The translations under genes and the position numbers were made by a program. DNA of 64,000 bases from Epiperipatus broadwayi (lineage: Eukaryota; Animalia; Onychophora). The notes under the pieces were generated by a model. That model was not told the DNA's origin. It did no database searches and was given only the letters and a program-made list of their open reading frames with translations. The stretch's first letter is position 1. Every line of letters begins with the position of its first letter. Location of the stretch: contig JAQFVV010000005.1 of NCBI GenBank assembly GCA_028023455.1, forward strand, positions 22,816,001 to 22,880,000, given 5' to 3'. Below are positions 12,477 to 24,256 of the stretch, piece after piece.

Positions 12477-13629
12477 CAATGGTCTTCAACCTTTTCACAC
12501 CTGCGGACCGGCAAAAATAAGAATAAGATTTCGTGGACCAGCAGAAGTTTACAGATAAATTTTCTTAAAGATGTAACCTGCTTAGCCTTATATAAGCATA
12601 ATTGTTATAACTGACCAAAACAGCATACTAGTTATTGGGTATTGTAATGGTGTTGCTTACCTTCACATGCTGAACACTTTTTCGAGTTGCGCAGTCATAC
12701 TGCTACAGAAAACAGTACAATAACAATAATCGTTCTCATTAATGTGCTTGCATTTTATATTTATTTCATTGTTAAAACATGCAAGAATAAAATGTTATTC
12801 ACCTGAATGTTGAAACAGTCAAAAGTTTTGATCTTATTTTATTTTTATTGGGGGGGGGGGGATGGGTTGAAAAATACTGTGCCATCACTGAGACAAAAGA
12901 TAGACACCAAAGTTATTTTTTGTTTGTTTCTATTTTTAAAAAAGGTAAAAACAGAAATTGGTTTTAAGAATAAAAGTTTTGGTATTTTAGCGATATACAA
13001 ATAAAGCCCCAAAAAATATCGCCTTATAGGCCAAAAAAAAGTGGGCGTATTTTTAAACAAAAAAGAAAACGAAACTTGAAAAAGTCAAAAGTTTTGAGAC
13101 AGAACTTATTTTTTGGTTTTTATTTTTAACAAAAGGTAATAAAAATTGATTTCAAAAATAAAGTTAAATCCCCAAAAAAAAATCGTATAGCCAAAAAAAA
13201 AAAAACACTAAAAATGAAATATTAAGAGAGAGTAGAAAAAATTTAAGAGATCAAAAAAAGTCACGTTACATTTTATTATTTTAACAATGCTGACAAGCAG
13301 CTGTGATTGGCTATCAAAAGACAACCAGGCGTTTGTATAATAAAAAACTTTTTTCTACACCCCCCCCCCCATAAACGTCTGTGATAAATAAAAAAACAAA
13401 TTAATTTATATATGATTGATTAGATTTTGTTTTTGTTCTGTTTCTTTTTTTTTAATCGGGTAAAAATGCGATGAAAAAAATAAATAAAAATTGTTTATAT
13501 TAATTAAAAGTTTAAAATCTTATTACTGTATTTTGTTATTATAAACTTTCTTCCCAGTCTAGCGCACGGACCTCCAGAAAAGTTCTGCGGCCCGGTGCTG
13601 GTCCACGGCCCAGTAGTTGAAGACCACTG
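12477..13629. mobile_element. Non-autonomous hAT (Buster/Charlie-like) element, long copy
   Basis: TIR CA(A/G)TGGTCTTCAAC...GTTGAAGACCACTG. 8-bp TSD CTTTAAAT at 12469-12476 and 13630-13637 (nnnTAnnn pattern). Confidence 0.9.
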
Positions 13630-14350
13630 CTTTAAATTAAGCACAGCTCAATGTATATGTAAACAAAAGGAGTAAATGACCCCACCCATCCCTGGGTTAA
13701 GAATTAAAAGCACTCTAAATGTTGAACAAAGGATCAAGAAAAGAATGCATTCTGTTTACATTTAATTAGACAGAACATAAAGCATTTAATCTTTTTAGAA
13801 AATAAGATCTCCAATTATAGACTTATCAATTGGTGCGTGTATAAAATCTTTACAAGCACCCTTACCAAATAGTCCATTCATGTGTGTTACTGTGACATTA
13901 CGTCTTTTACACACACACACACACTTTGCTAGATTATCTGCAGTTTAGTTTCTGCATTAATCTAAATATTTTAGCATACATCAAGTTTTATTCTGATGCT
14001 AATATGTAGATTTTCTAATGTGTAATTAATGAGGGGTAAATTTATTCATATGTTATGTAACTGTAATTAAATTAAATAAAATATTTTTATTTCCGATTAA
14101 CTAAGTTTATACATATCTATATATCCACACACACTGTTATAACAATAACACAGTCAAATTAGCATAAAATTGTTAATATTTACAGGCTTTCCTGATGTTG
14201 CAAATAGGTTTTTCTACATAGTGCAGCTGTTGTGGAAGTGTGAACCACATATAAAAAATAAAGAGAATAGGCTAAATAGATTTAGGTTAAACTGATAATA
14301 TTTTTTGTTTTTTAAAAATAAGAGTTTAAGGAAAAAAAGATGGGTACTTG

Positions 14351-14539
14351 CGTATTCGACTTTGCTCATGTTTGCAGTGGCAGAATGCCATATCTTTTTC
14401 TAATGGGGCGGTGCAATATCAGAATGCCATCGTTGTGAATTTTCAATACATATATAGCTGTAACAATCACCTTTCCCTTTCCCAATGGAAAAAGGTGTGG
14501 CATTCTGACATTACAAACATGGGCAGTAGGTCTATTACG
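14351..14539. mobile_element. MITE with ~50-bp imperfect TIRs
   Basis: CGTATTCGACTTTGCTCATGTTTGCAGTGGCAGAATGCCA versus reverse-complemented right end CGTAATAGACCTACTGCCCATGTTTGTAATGTCAGAATGCCA. TA on the right flank only. Confidence 0.65.
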
Positions 14540-14564
14540 TAAGTAACAAAAGATGATTTTAAAA

Positions 14565-15058
14565 CAGTGGTCTTAAACTTTTTCACACCTGCGGACCGGT
14601 AAAAATAAGGATAAGGTTTTGTGGATTGGCAAAAATAAGGATAAGATTTCACGGACCGGCAGAAGTCTATAGATAAATTTTCTTAAAGATGTAAACTGCT
14701 TAGCCTTAGATGAAGTTATATATATATGGAGTTTGTATAAAAAAAAAAACTTTTTTTTTTAATTTTGAATTTTTTTGGAAAAATAATAAAAAATTTAATT
14801 CTACCCCCTCCCCCCATAAACATCTGTGATAAATAGAAAAACAAATTAATTTATGTATGATTGATTAGATTTTGTTTCCGTTCTGTTTCTTTTTTTTTAA
14901 TTGGGTAAAAATGAGATAAATAAAAATTGTTTATATTAATTAAAAGTTTAAACTCTTATTATTTTGTTATTACAAACTTTCCTGCCAGTCTACCGTGGAC
15001 TGGTAAAAAACTTCCGTAGCCTGGCACCAGTCCATGGACCAAGAGTTGAAGATCACTG
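14565..15058. mobile_element. Non-autonomous hAT (Buster/Charlie-like) element, internally deleted copy
   Basis: Same termini and subterminal sequence as 12477-13629. TSD TTTTAAAA at 14557-14564 and 15059-15066. Confidence 0.9.
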
Positions 15059-16057
15059 TTTTAAAATATTAATGGGAAAAATAAGACAAATTAAGTAAAA
15101 GAAAGAAAGAATTGCTTTTATTTCTCAATTTTTAAATAAAAAAATATTAGTTAAAACTCTTTTATTTTTATTTTTATAAAATAGTTTAATTAAATACTGT
15201 ACACTTATTTAAAAACAACTGAAAAAACATTTGCTTATATTTTTTTTGGGTTATAAAGAAGAAAGAAAGAGAAATTAATTTTCAATAGAATCAAACCCCC
15301 CCCCCCCGTTTTTCTTTTGTTGGTTTTCATTAATTATTGTATAATTCTTTGAAAATAATTGAAGGAATGTTCACTTATATTTTCTCTGGGTTAAAATAAT
15401 CTTATATTAAGAAAAAATTTGTAGAAGAATTATTGAAAAAAACTTAATCAGATTATGTAATTTACATATTATAATTAATTACAGAAGATTTGAACATAAT
15501 ATGCTTGTATTCAAATATTATATATTTTAATTAAACTAGCAAAAAAAAAAAAATAAGAGCAAAGCTTAAGTAAGGGCAGATGCATTTAAGATAATGGACA
15601 AGTTTTCTTATAAAAGGATCATTATCTATTTTATCTTTCACTTTTTCTTCATTCAGACTTACAATCTGTCTGAAATATATATATATTGTGACATCTGACA
15701 AACATTAAGCACCAGAAAAGCTATGTGTAGATCAACAAATCTATGTTTGATTGGAAAAATACAAGATTATTGTGCAGTGAAATAAATAGAAGAAGAGAGA
15801 AAGAAGCCATGATGTTTGCAAATCACTCAGTAAAACTTCCTTAAAAAATAAATAAAGGAGAACTCTTACAGCTAAATATATAAAATTTCTGTTTTCTTTG
15901 ACAGAATAGTCTAGTTGTTTAGAGTCTCAAATTAAGTATTCATGAGTCTAAAGATCCCTGGTTCATCTTCTATGCTAGTACTGTCATTGGTCAATCAGTA
16001 CCAATTAAAAAAGAGAAGACAATACTATCATTCAAAATGTCATGTTATATACCAACT

Positions 16058-16196
16058 TAAACAAGACAAAACTCTCCATATAGTAGTGCCACCCTGTGCC
16101 AACCAGAGTAATCAATGGATGCCAGAAAGCTTGTGCATAAAATCCCTATCTAGTGCCTACTCATCCAATATCCTCAGACTAGTTTCTGGCTTGTGG
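16058..16196 (-). mobile_element. Family A fragment (single arm)
   Basis: Matches the family A body. Keeps GAAACTAGTC on the minus strand but ends before CTGATGA. No TSD seen. Confidence 0.85.
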
Positions 16197-16322
16197 AAAT
16201 AATTCAACATATAAATACAAAATATAATTAATGCTTCAGTCAAAATCCTGTTGACTATTTTCAGAATTAACTATAAGGAAAAAATGAAAATGATAACAAT
16301 TGTATAATTAAATCTATATTTT

Positions 16323-16394
16323 GTCAAGCTTTGGTGGTCAAGAGATCAGCGGGTTCGCTTCCCGCCTGATGCTATGACACATGAGAAAAAAAAA
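16323..16394 (+). mobile_element. tRNA-derived SINE, internally deleted copy
   Basis: Starts GTCAAGC like the 43031 copy. B-box GGTTCGCTTCCC, shared 3' end GATGCTATGACACATG, A-tail. AAATCTATA occurs on both sides. Confidence 0.7.
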
Positions 16395-18101
16395 TCTATA
16401 AATATTCCTTGAAATAATTAAATCTTTGAATTAAACAATAATATGCATTAAAAATTTCAAAAAATTTGAAAACTAAATTATATATATATGTGCACAGATT
16501 TACATTATATATGTTAACTTTTCAAATAATATAATTTTTCAAATATATAGAGTTTTTATATGTAATAAAGAATCAATAATTGTTATTAAATAATATAAAG
16601 TTCAAAAATTTCCTTATTATTTAAATAATCAAACCCTTATTAATTATTGTTTTTTGATGATATATATAGGAATTATACACTTTTTAAAAAATTATAACTA
16701 TTTGAAAAGTTAATTTATTGATACATTAATATATATGTAAAATGTATAATTCAAATTTTTAAGCTTTATGAAAGTTTATTGGTTATTGCAAAAATGTAAA
16801 TATATTAAGAGTTAAATATAGTAGTGAGTTTAGATTTATTTAGACAATTATTATTTTATCCTTTTTTTTCATAATGAGGTTTGGTTGAGATATCAATTAT
16901 AATTGTAGGATAATTAATTTTTATAGTGAAAAAAAATGAATAAATATTTTATATATATATATAATTTATAATTATTTGTAAATAGAAAATCTTACTAAAA
17001 TGTTAGAGGTTTTTAATAGCTGCATGCAGATTTATACATTATGCATATATAATATTACACGTGTATGTTTAAATACTTTGGATATTATACTTATAGATGT
17101 TTAAACACATAAACATGTTTAAATGCATATATATACTTAAGTGCATAATGATTAGAACATTTTTCTGTCATACTCATAACATGGGGTTTAAATCCAAGTG
17201 AAATTTGGGGAAATTTTTAAAAACCTTGCAAGTTTACAATCTTTCTTTCAAGTAGTTGACATATAACCAGCTTAGCTAGACATCCCTATAAATTGATATG
17301 CCTATTAGTCTAATGAGTTTTGACTTTTTTTGTAATTCTTCTGCTGAAGAATGCTAGTGAAACTCTTAACCCACAATGGTTTTTAAAGACTTATTTTAAA
17401 AAACATTTTCTATATTTAAAATAAGTATGTGTTTACGTTAAATATTTTTTCCCAAATTTACCCTTATGGAAGGACATGCATAATATCATTTCTGCAGAGA
17501 AAAATTAACAAGAGGAAATCATCATATCAACTTGGCCATGCCTAGAGTTTACTAGTGTTTTTAAAAGCACTCTTGGATACCTAGTGCAGCAATAATTAGC
17601 CAGGATTGACCACTGGCTGGACTTTCTTCACATAATTAGTCTTAACGTAGACACCATCAGTGACAAAAAAGTTGAGCTTTTTTCATTTATAACAATGTTC
17701 ATAAAACATGCTCATATGTAGATGTGGTGGGGAAGTAATATTAATAAATACAGCACTTCATATGTTGTGACTTGTTATGCCAGCTTTATTTGTTAGAATA
17801 CCAGAAAATATAAAATGATTGTTTATACTTGCATTTTAGCACTTATAGAGATGGATTATCTAATAAGTGATATTAATAAAGGTCTAATTAAATTCACACT
17901 AGATGTAAACAAAGCTTCATTTAATTCACAATAAATAAATAATGTTATATCATTACTATTCATTTCATCACCTTTACGAGTAAACAATAGTAAGTCAAAT
18001 ATGTAAATACAGAACTACTTAACAAGTCATATTAACATATATATATTGCTTATAATAACTTCTTTCATATACACTTTAATGCAGAAATTTTTTAATAAAA
18101 C

Positions 18102-18258
18102 TTCTTTATTTTCCTGACACTTTCAACTGTCGAGCAGTCTTCATCAGAGCTTTCTCAAACCTCCTCTGCTTTTTAAAAGCTCTGATGAAGACTGCTGGAC
18201 AGTTGAAAGTGTCAGGAAAATAAAGTTATTGTTAATAACTCATAAGAGTACTGGCTGT
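18102..18258. mobile_element. Family B fold-back with two hammerhead motifs (Penelope pLTR-like)
   Basis: Inverted arms ~18105-18152 and ~18177-18225, each reading CT-CTGATGA-A-GACTG-N5-CAGTT-GAAAG-T-GTC-AG. Possible short tail and a 7-bp ATAAAAC repeat (weak). Confidence 0.8.
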
Positions 18259-18799
18259 ATAAAACAAATGTTTTGTACTCGTGAGTATTCTATTAAATAA
18301 GGCTTCTACACCAATATATGTGTGGGCAGTAGCCTCAGAATATAGTTAAGAATATAATCCAATAGCTTAATATCTTCTGTTTTCTGTGAAAAATAAATAA
18401 TTATTAATATTGTCTATGAAAAAATGTGTTTACGAATAAAAAAGATTTTAATTTACATATTTCAATCATTTATCAGATTCAACAATATAAATTGGATGTT
18501 GTGGTTATTTTCAAGACTATAGCTATACTGTAGACAATTGGAATATGGTCCAATTGGGCAAAGAGATGCTTAGTAATAAAGATGCATAGTTCTTTTAAAG
18601 CACCATTTTAACTATCCATGTTTTTTTAGGTTCATCAACTAATATTATATAGATAAAACACAAAATAACCATTAATAATATAAATCATAAGATTTGTGCT
18701 TTACACTTGTCAAAATTATAATAATAATAAAGTTCTACTAACACACATATAATGTAAAGCTGTATAAATTAACAAATTAATTGTAATCAACAAATTAAA

Positions 18800-19265
18800 A
18801 TGGCTAAGTCCTTTTGAGAAAGTGTATTTCTCATAATCATAGCCTGTTATGACTCACTCACTGGATTCATTATATATGTACAATATGCAAACTTTATGCA
18901 AATGAGTCAATTAGCCCACCTTTTGGATATAGCAAAACATGCCTCTCACTACAAACCCATTTTGCAGGGGTGGGTTCAAACTCATGTTCAGATACTTTTT
19001 GATATTGTGCAAAAACTAAAGTCCATTCTGGGTTAATATGCAACTTATTATACCTATACTTATGCTGCAACAATCTAGTTGCAATAGAGGCTCTGGTCTC
19101 ATTGTAGTATAAGGATTTGCATCCATTGTGAGGGCATGCAATGTTATACATGGCCTGTGTGGTTTGATGAGAAGCTATAGTGTCTTTAGTATTGTTAATA
19201 AGCCTATTAGTTAAGAGAGGTGTGTGAAAGCTCAAACGAAGAAAATAGTATGATGATTTAAACAA
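18800..19265 (-). pseudogene. Decayed GIY-YIG endonuclease region of a Penelope-like retroelement
   Basis: LSFHTPLLTNRLINNTKDTIASHQTTQAMYNIACPHNGCKSLYYNETRASIATRLLQHKY fits the PLE pattern F-x-P..L..KD...VY-x-I-x-C..C...YIG-ET...TR..EH. Catalytic motifs are degenerate. Confidence 0.8.
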
Positions 19266-21208
19266 TTTTCATCTTTGTTTAACCTTTAAGTATAGCTGGA
19301 ACCCATTTACCAACCAATATATGATTGGGTGATCTATGTCTCACCATCTGAAAGAAAAATCCCAAATCTGTTAAAAATTCTTAAAATATACTTAGCCCAG
19401 GTACAAACACATATCAAAAATGTAGATAAATCTTAGCATTATTAGACCCTGCAGTATTGCATATATACATAAGACAACACCATGATTTATTTAAAATCAA
19501 TCAAAGAGATTATCAAAGATCATAATTTTGATAAATTAGATTAATAACAAAAGTCATACAATCTTATGCAGAACATTAAGACATCAATACTTTCAAGCAG
19601 GATTTGTTATTTCGAAATTAAATTTCAAATTCAATCCTAAGCAATATCCAAAATGTATCTCAAATTTAATTTATATTACTAGCATAATATTGACGATAAA
19701 TTTGATGAAAGTGCTAGTAATTAATATTTAGTATATTCATATTTTTTTAAAAAACGATGAATCAATGATTTCCATTTTATCTTTCACTCTTTCTATCAAA
19801 TAAAATCATATCCGAATTTTAAAATTCTAACTAATACACGGACTTTATTTAATATTCAGAGTTTTTTTTTTAAAAAAAATAGCAAAAGAATAATAATTTT
19901 AATAACCACAACGGCTATTAAATATATAGTGTTGAAAATACAAATATTTATGGAATACTGTAATATACTCCGATCAGGGCTTCTTCCACTGATGGACAGT
20001 GAGACAACTGCCTCATGTGTCAAAACTGATGGACCAGTTTCTGCTCTAATGCACTTATTATTTTAAGGCATGAAAGTTGAACATAAATGTTGAAGCTGAT
20101 TAGTATTTAAAGAGCGAGAGTATAGTGACAAGTTGATATAAATCAATGAAAGGCTATTATTGATGGCAATAAACGGTTTATTTCTTTTGCATTAGTTGAT
20201 AAATGACTCTTTGGAATTGTAAAACTTGATTTCCAATCTGTTATCATGCGTACGAGTTGTATAAATAGCAATAGATATAACTACTACTTCATAACATTTC
20301 TTGCTATCTGATCAATGTCCATTGCCAAGAGATTCTTTGGAGTTCTTAAACCTGCCTTCCAGCAAGTCATTTAACGAACATATAAAATTTAAATAAATTA
20401 GCAATAAATAATACATTATCAATGATAAGAATCAAGTATTTTTTATAGCTTGATCATAATGCTCATTGCCAAAGTACTCTTTGTAGTCAACAAACTTGCT
20501 TTTTAAATCACTTATCGTAGACACTCATGTAATTTATTGACATAAAAGAAATTTCCCATTAGTTTTAGCCCTAATATTTTCCGCTATTGTTATTGTTTTT
20601 GTATTACTATTATTTGCATATTCCATTCTTTTTAAAAATAATATCATATAAAGGGAAGGGGGGAGTTTCCGGTAAAGTATTGTTTATGTTTCATTGTTAT
20701 GCAAATTCTTTACTAGAGGACGCTAGTAGTTTTTAACTCTTGGAAAAATATTATTCATCACGAGTCCGATTTTTCTTTAATGCCGTATTTAATGCTTTAG
20801 TATTATTATTTAATAGGATCGACTGCAATCAATATTTTGACGTGATAAATAACTGCTACTATACGAAAGTCATTCCTATTAAAGATGCATTCCTAGTCAT
20901 TTGTAGAATTGAGTGTGAAATGAGTGATTCATGGAAGTAATGGTAAAACGAGATTTTGCTACTTTTTAATTAAATGAAAATTTTATTCAGAATTACAGTA
21001 TTTGTAAATATTTATGTACAGATTAACATGATTTAGTATTTTGAAATGCTGCAATTAATTTAAATAAGCGATTTGATGTTAATTCTTCAAAGCTACGCCA
21101 TTATTAAGGATTTTTATTAACGTTTCATATGATAGAAGTATACGTGTGTAAATGATTTTCTAGTCTTTACCGGATAAATACAGTATAGCATTTCGGAGAC
21201 ACTTTTCA

Positions 21209-21940
21209 ATGGCTCATGAATCCAAATCTCATATTAAGCGACCTATGAATGCTTTTATGCTCTTCCAGTACGAAGTGCGACCAATTTTGCTGAAGCAGTT
21301 TCCCAGTAAAACTAATAAGGAAATCAGCGTGATGTTGGGAGCTAGATGGAAATCTTTAGTGGATATTGAAAAACAAAAATATTACACTCTTGCTAAAGAT
21401 GTAGCTCGTCGTCATAGTCAAATGTATCCAGATTACGTTTACAACCCGCGGTTGCGAAGGTTAGCGAAAGCTCAAAAAAAACAAAAAGGAATGAATGTTA
21501 CCGATCAAAGCTTATTATTAACTCTTCTAAAACCGGAACCACGGACTAATAATAAGCCCAAGAGTAAAAACCGTGAAAGTAATATTCAGAGTCGTATACC
21601 TGTCACAAATAAATTCAACGAACCCTCATTGGTTGATAACGGCGCTCAATCTGCTACGAACAATTCTTTAGATGCTCAAAGTCGTTTGAATGAATGGGAA
21701 ACTGGAGCCAATATAGAAGTTTTTAATGTTGTTGATACATTTTCAGGAATCCTTGGTTACGGAAGTTTAGATAGTGTTAGGTCCAAAAATGATGATTTAT
21801 CCAAAAATGACACTATTCCGTCTGTTGTTTTTTTCCCTAAAAGACAATCATGTTCAGAAGTTTCGGTTGTAGAGTGTGTGGATGTGTCCCTGGAGGACGG
21901 ACTTGAAGTCGTATTTTTTCCTAAGCCTACAACCGTATGA
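21209..21940 (+). CDS. HMG-box transcription factor, divergent Sox (SoxD/HBP1-like), 243 aa, uninterrupted ORF
   Basis: HIKRPMNAFM...FP...N.EIS..LGARWK...EKQKYY...H...YPDY.Y.PR forms a complete sequence-specific HMG box at the N-terminus. ORF is stop-free in ~25% GC DNA and retains CpGs. Confidence 0.9.
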   Translation: MAHESKSHIKRPMNAFMLFQYEVRPILLKQFPSKTNKEISVMLGARWKSLVDIEKQKYYTLAKDVARRHSQMYPDYVYNPRLRRLAKAQKKQKGMNVTDQSLLLTLLKPEPRTNNKPKSKNRESNIQSRIPVTNKFNEPSLVDNGAQSATNNSLDAQSRLNEWETGANIEVFNVVDTFSGILGYGSLDSVRSKNDDLSKNDTIPSVVFFPKRQSCSEVSVVECVDVSLEDGLEVVFFPKPTTV

Positions 21941-22641
21941 TATTAAATATTTTCATTCTACTATTTATTTCACTTCGTATAATTTGATTAACAAAGTATT
22001 TTGAAAGTTCATAATCTTATACTGCATTTGATCGATCACTATTAAATATAACAATTTATTATATATTGAAAATTGCCTAATTCAAACATAATCCTTGATA
22101 TTTACCAATTAAACCAGCATTTTTCAAAATTCCCAGGGTCTTATTATAGTCAGTGATAAATTCAAATGAAATACATATATATATTATATTATGAGGATAC
22201 AGTACAATAGAAAGTATTTAAAGTTGCAGATCTGTATATTTTTAAGGATAAATTTTTGATAGTTACAAATGTACATGAATTTCACAGATAACTTCAAAAG
22301 TAATTCTAAAAATGATAAGATGGTTTATTATCTTCATTTCTTTTTAATTAATAATTTATTAAATGTGCTCTAAATTTTATTTTGTTTTTAATTTAGTGTT
22401 TTTAAAATGTGGATATGATTTTTTTATAGATCATCATTTCTCAACCAGACATCACAATGCACTAGTGCATGAGTTAGCAAATTGCAGCTTTTTAATCCCA
22501 AGCTTGAGGTTTTTTTTATGATGATAAATGTAAATTCGTGTTTTATTTTTACTTGAAATTTGTAAAATATTTTTATGACTCTAGGAGAGAAAAAATTCAC
22601 TTTCCCACATTGCTGTTGGATTCAACCTTATATAATAATTA

Positions 22642-22753
22642 AATCACTAAGCATTACATGATCACCATTCTTTATGCCTACACAAACCTTCCTGCATCCA
22701 TTGATTACTCTGACTTGCATTGAGTGGCGCTACTGTATGAAGAGTTTTGCCTC
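22642..22753. mobile_element. Family A insertion, short copy
   Basis: Inverted tail fragment joined at TTATGC to the 3' part of the body. 11-bp TSD TATAATAATTA at 22631-22641 and 22754-22764. Confidence 0.8.
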
Positions 22754-23352
22754 TATAATAATTACTGTATAAGAAGAATGTTTAAATAATTAGAAATTTA
22801 TGAATATATTGTTAAAGTAATTTTTGTTTTTAACAGAATTTCAATTTTCATTAGATTTAAATTAGTTTCTGTTTTTTCTATTACTAAAATAAATGTTGAA
22901 ATACAATTATAACCATTCAGAAATTATATTTTTCACTTATTCTCTTGAAGGTCTTTTAATTTTTTAGTCAAAATATTTTAACAAAATAATTCACGTTAAA
23001 AAAAAGTTACCGATCCTTAACTAAGTAGACTACAAAAAATTTTGAACAAGTTGTCATAAAAGATAGACAAAAAATTAATATTTATTATTTACATATTTTT
23101 TTTAATCAAAAATATTTAAAATATATGTCATTAAATTAAAATATATTGATAAAATTATTGGAGAAAAAGTGAAATAAATTGCAGTTGATTTAAATTTTGA
23201 AAATCTCTTTCATAATCAAAATTCTTTAGATATTTTCCTATGCTTCAAAAAAGGTCAAGTTTGGCACATTTATTTATAGTAATCATAATTAATAACTTTT
23301 TTCCCACTTTTATACAATACAAATATTATTTTCTTCAAATAATTTGAGATTA

Positions 23353-23407
23353 TAGTTTTAAACTGACTAGCAGTCTTTTTTAGAGCTGGATAGTTGAAAC
23401 TATAAGA
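23353..23407. mobile_element. Degenerate family B fold-back remnant
   Basis: ~30-bp inverted arms resembling GACTGCTGGACAGTTGAAACT. Confidence 0.45.
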
Positions 23408-23600
23408 AAATAAAATGAAATAGTGTTATTAATTATATATATTAGTAGTAAATGCATTGGGGAAAGAGAAAAAAAACAGAATCAGTTGCAAATTTTTTAG
23501 GATTACTTCTCTAACAACACTCAAATTGACTACTGTCATATATATATATTTATAAATTATGTTGATATTTATTTTATTAAACGCCCATTATTATATTAAG

Positions 23601-23742
23601 TAATAATTTACTAAGGCTGTAACCTTAGAAATAAGCGTCTGAAAAAATACGAAGGTAGGGACCTCTATAGGACCTATAGAGGTCCCTACCTTCGTATTTT
23701 TCAGACGCTTATTTCTAAGGTTACAGCCTTAGTAAATTATTA
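23601..23742. repeat. Near-perfect 142-bp palindrome
   Basis: ~70-bp arms, 1-nt loop at 23672, and a single homopolymer indel. Confidence 0.95.
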
Positions 23743-24030
23743 GTTGATATTTATTGTAAATCTCTCAATTCACCATTATTTTAAAATTCACATATCTGTA
23801 TTATGAAGATGTGAAATTATATACAATAAAAGTAAGGAATCGCTCAATACATTTTTTTAAAAAAACCTCTTAAAAATTAGTTTTGTAGTAACTTTAAATC
23901 ATTTTTAAAAAATCATTTAATACTGAATAGAAGTATTCTTCAAACTGAACATTTTAAACTTTCTTCCTAATTAAATTGTCTCAATTTATTTACTTTAGCT
24001 ATTTGTTTTTTATATAAAAACTTAGCCTAT

Positions 24031-24256
24031 TGTAACAGTCAAGTTTGTACATTCGCGTAACAGAATTCAGAATCCAAGCAAAAGAGACCGAAGCTGACCA
24101 GACTAGGACTGTAACATCCCGAGTCCGACCGCACTTCAACTCGTAAGCCAGGATTCCAAGACTCAAGACCCTACAAATGACCACCTTGAACTTACACGCA
24201 GTACCTCTTTCCACACGGCCGACATAGGTCACGGAGAAGCAATGAGACTCATAACA
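24031..24256. other. GC/CpG-rich island with TG...CA ends (solo-LTR-like)
   Basis: TGTAAC...ATAACA, about twice the flanking GC content. No TSD, PBS or PPT found. Confidence 0.3.

Noticed and set aside
15942-16202. Short ORFs ending MPESLCIKSLSSAYSSN (also 29113-29301)
   Set aside because: These are antisense readings of the family A repeat, not genes.
17345-17375. CTGAAGA...GAAAC spacing suggestive of a hammerhead
   Set aside because: Stems I-III cannot be formed convincingly.
20740-20940. 66-aa ORF upstream of the Sox-like gene
   Set aside because: TTG start and no domain. A splice to 21184 is possible in frame but unsupported.
23611-23645. TAAGG/CCTTA stem plus GAAA...GTC inside the palindrome as a hammerhead half
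   Set aside because: No CTGANGA upstream, and the orientation is opposite to the other fold-backs.
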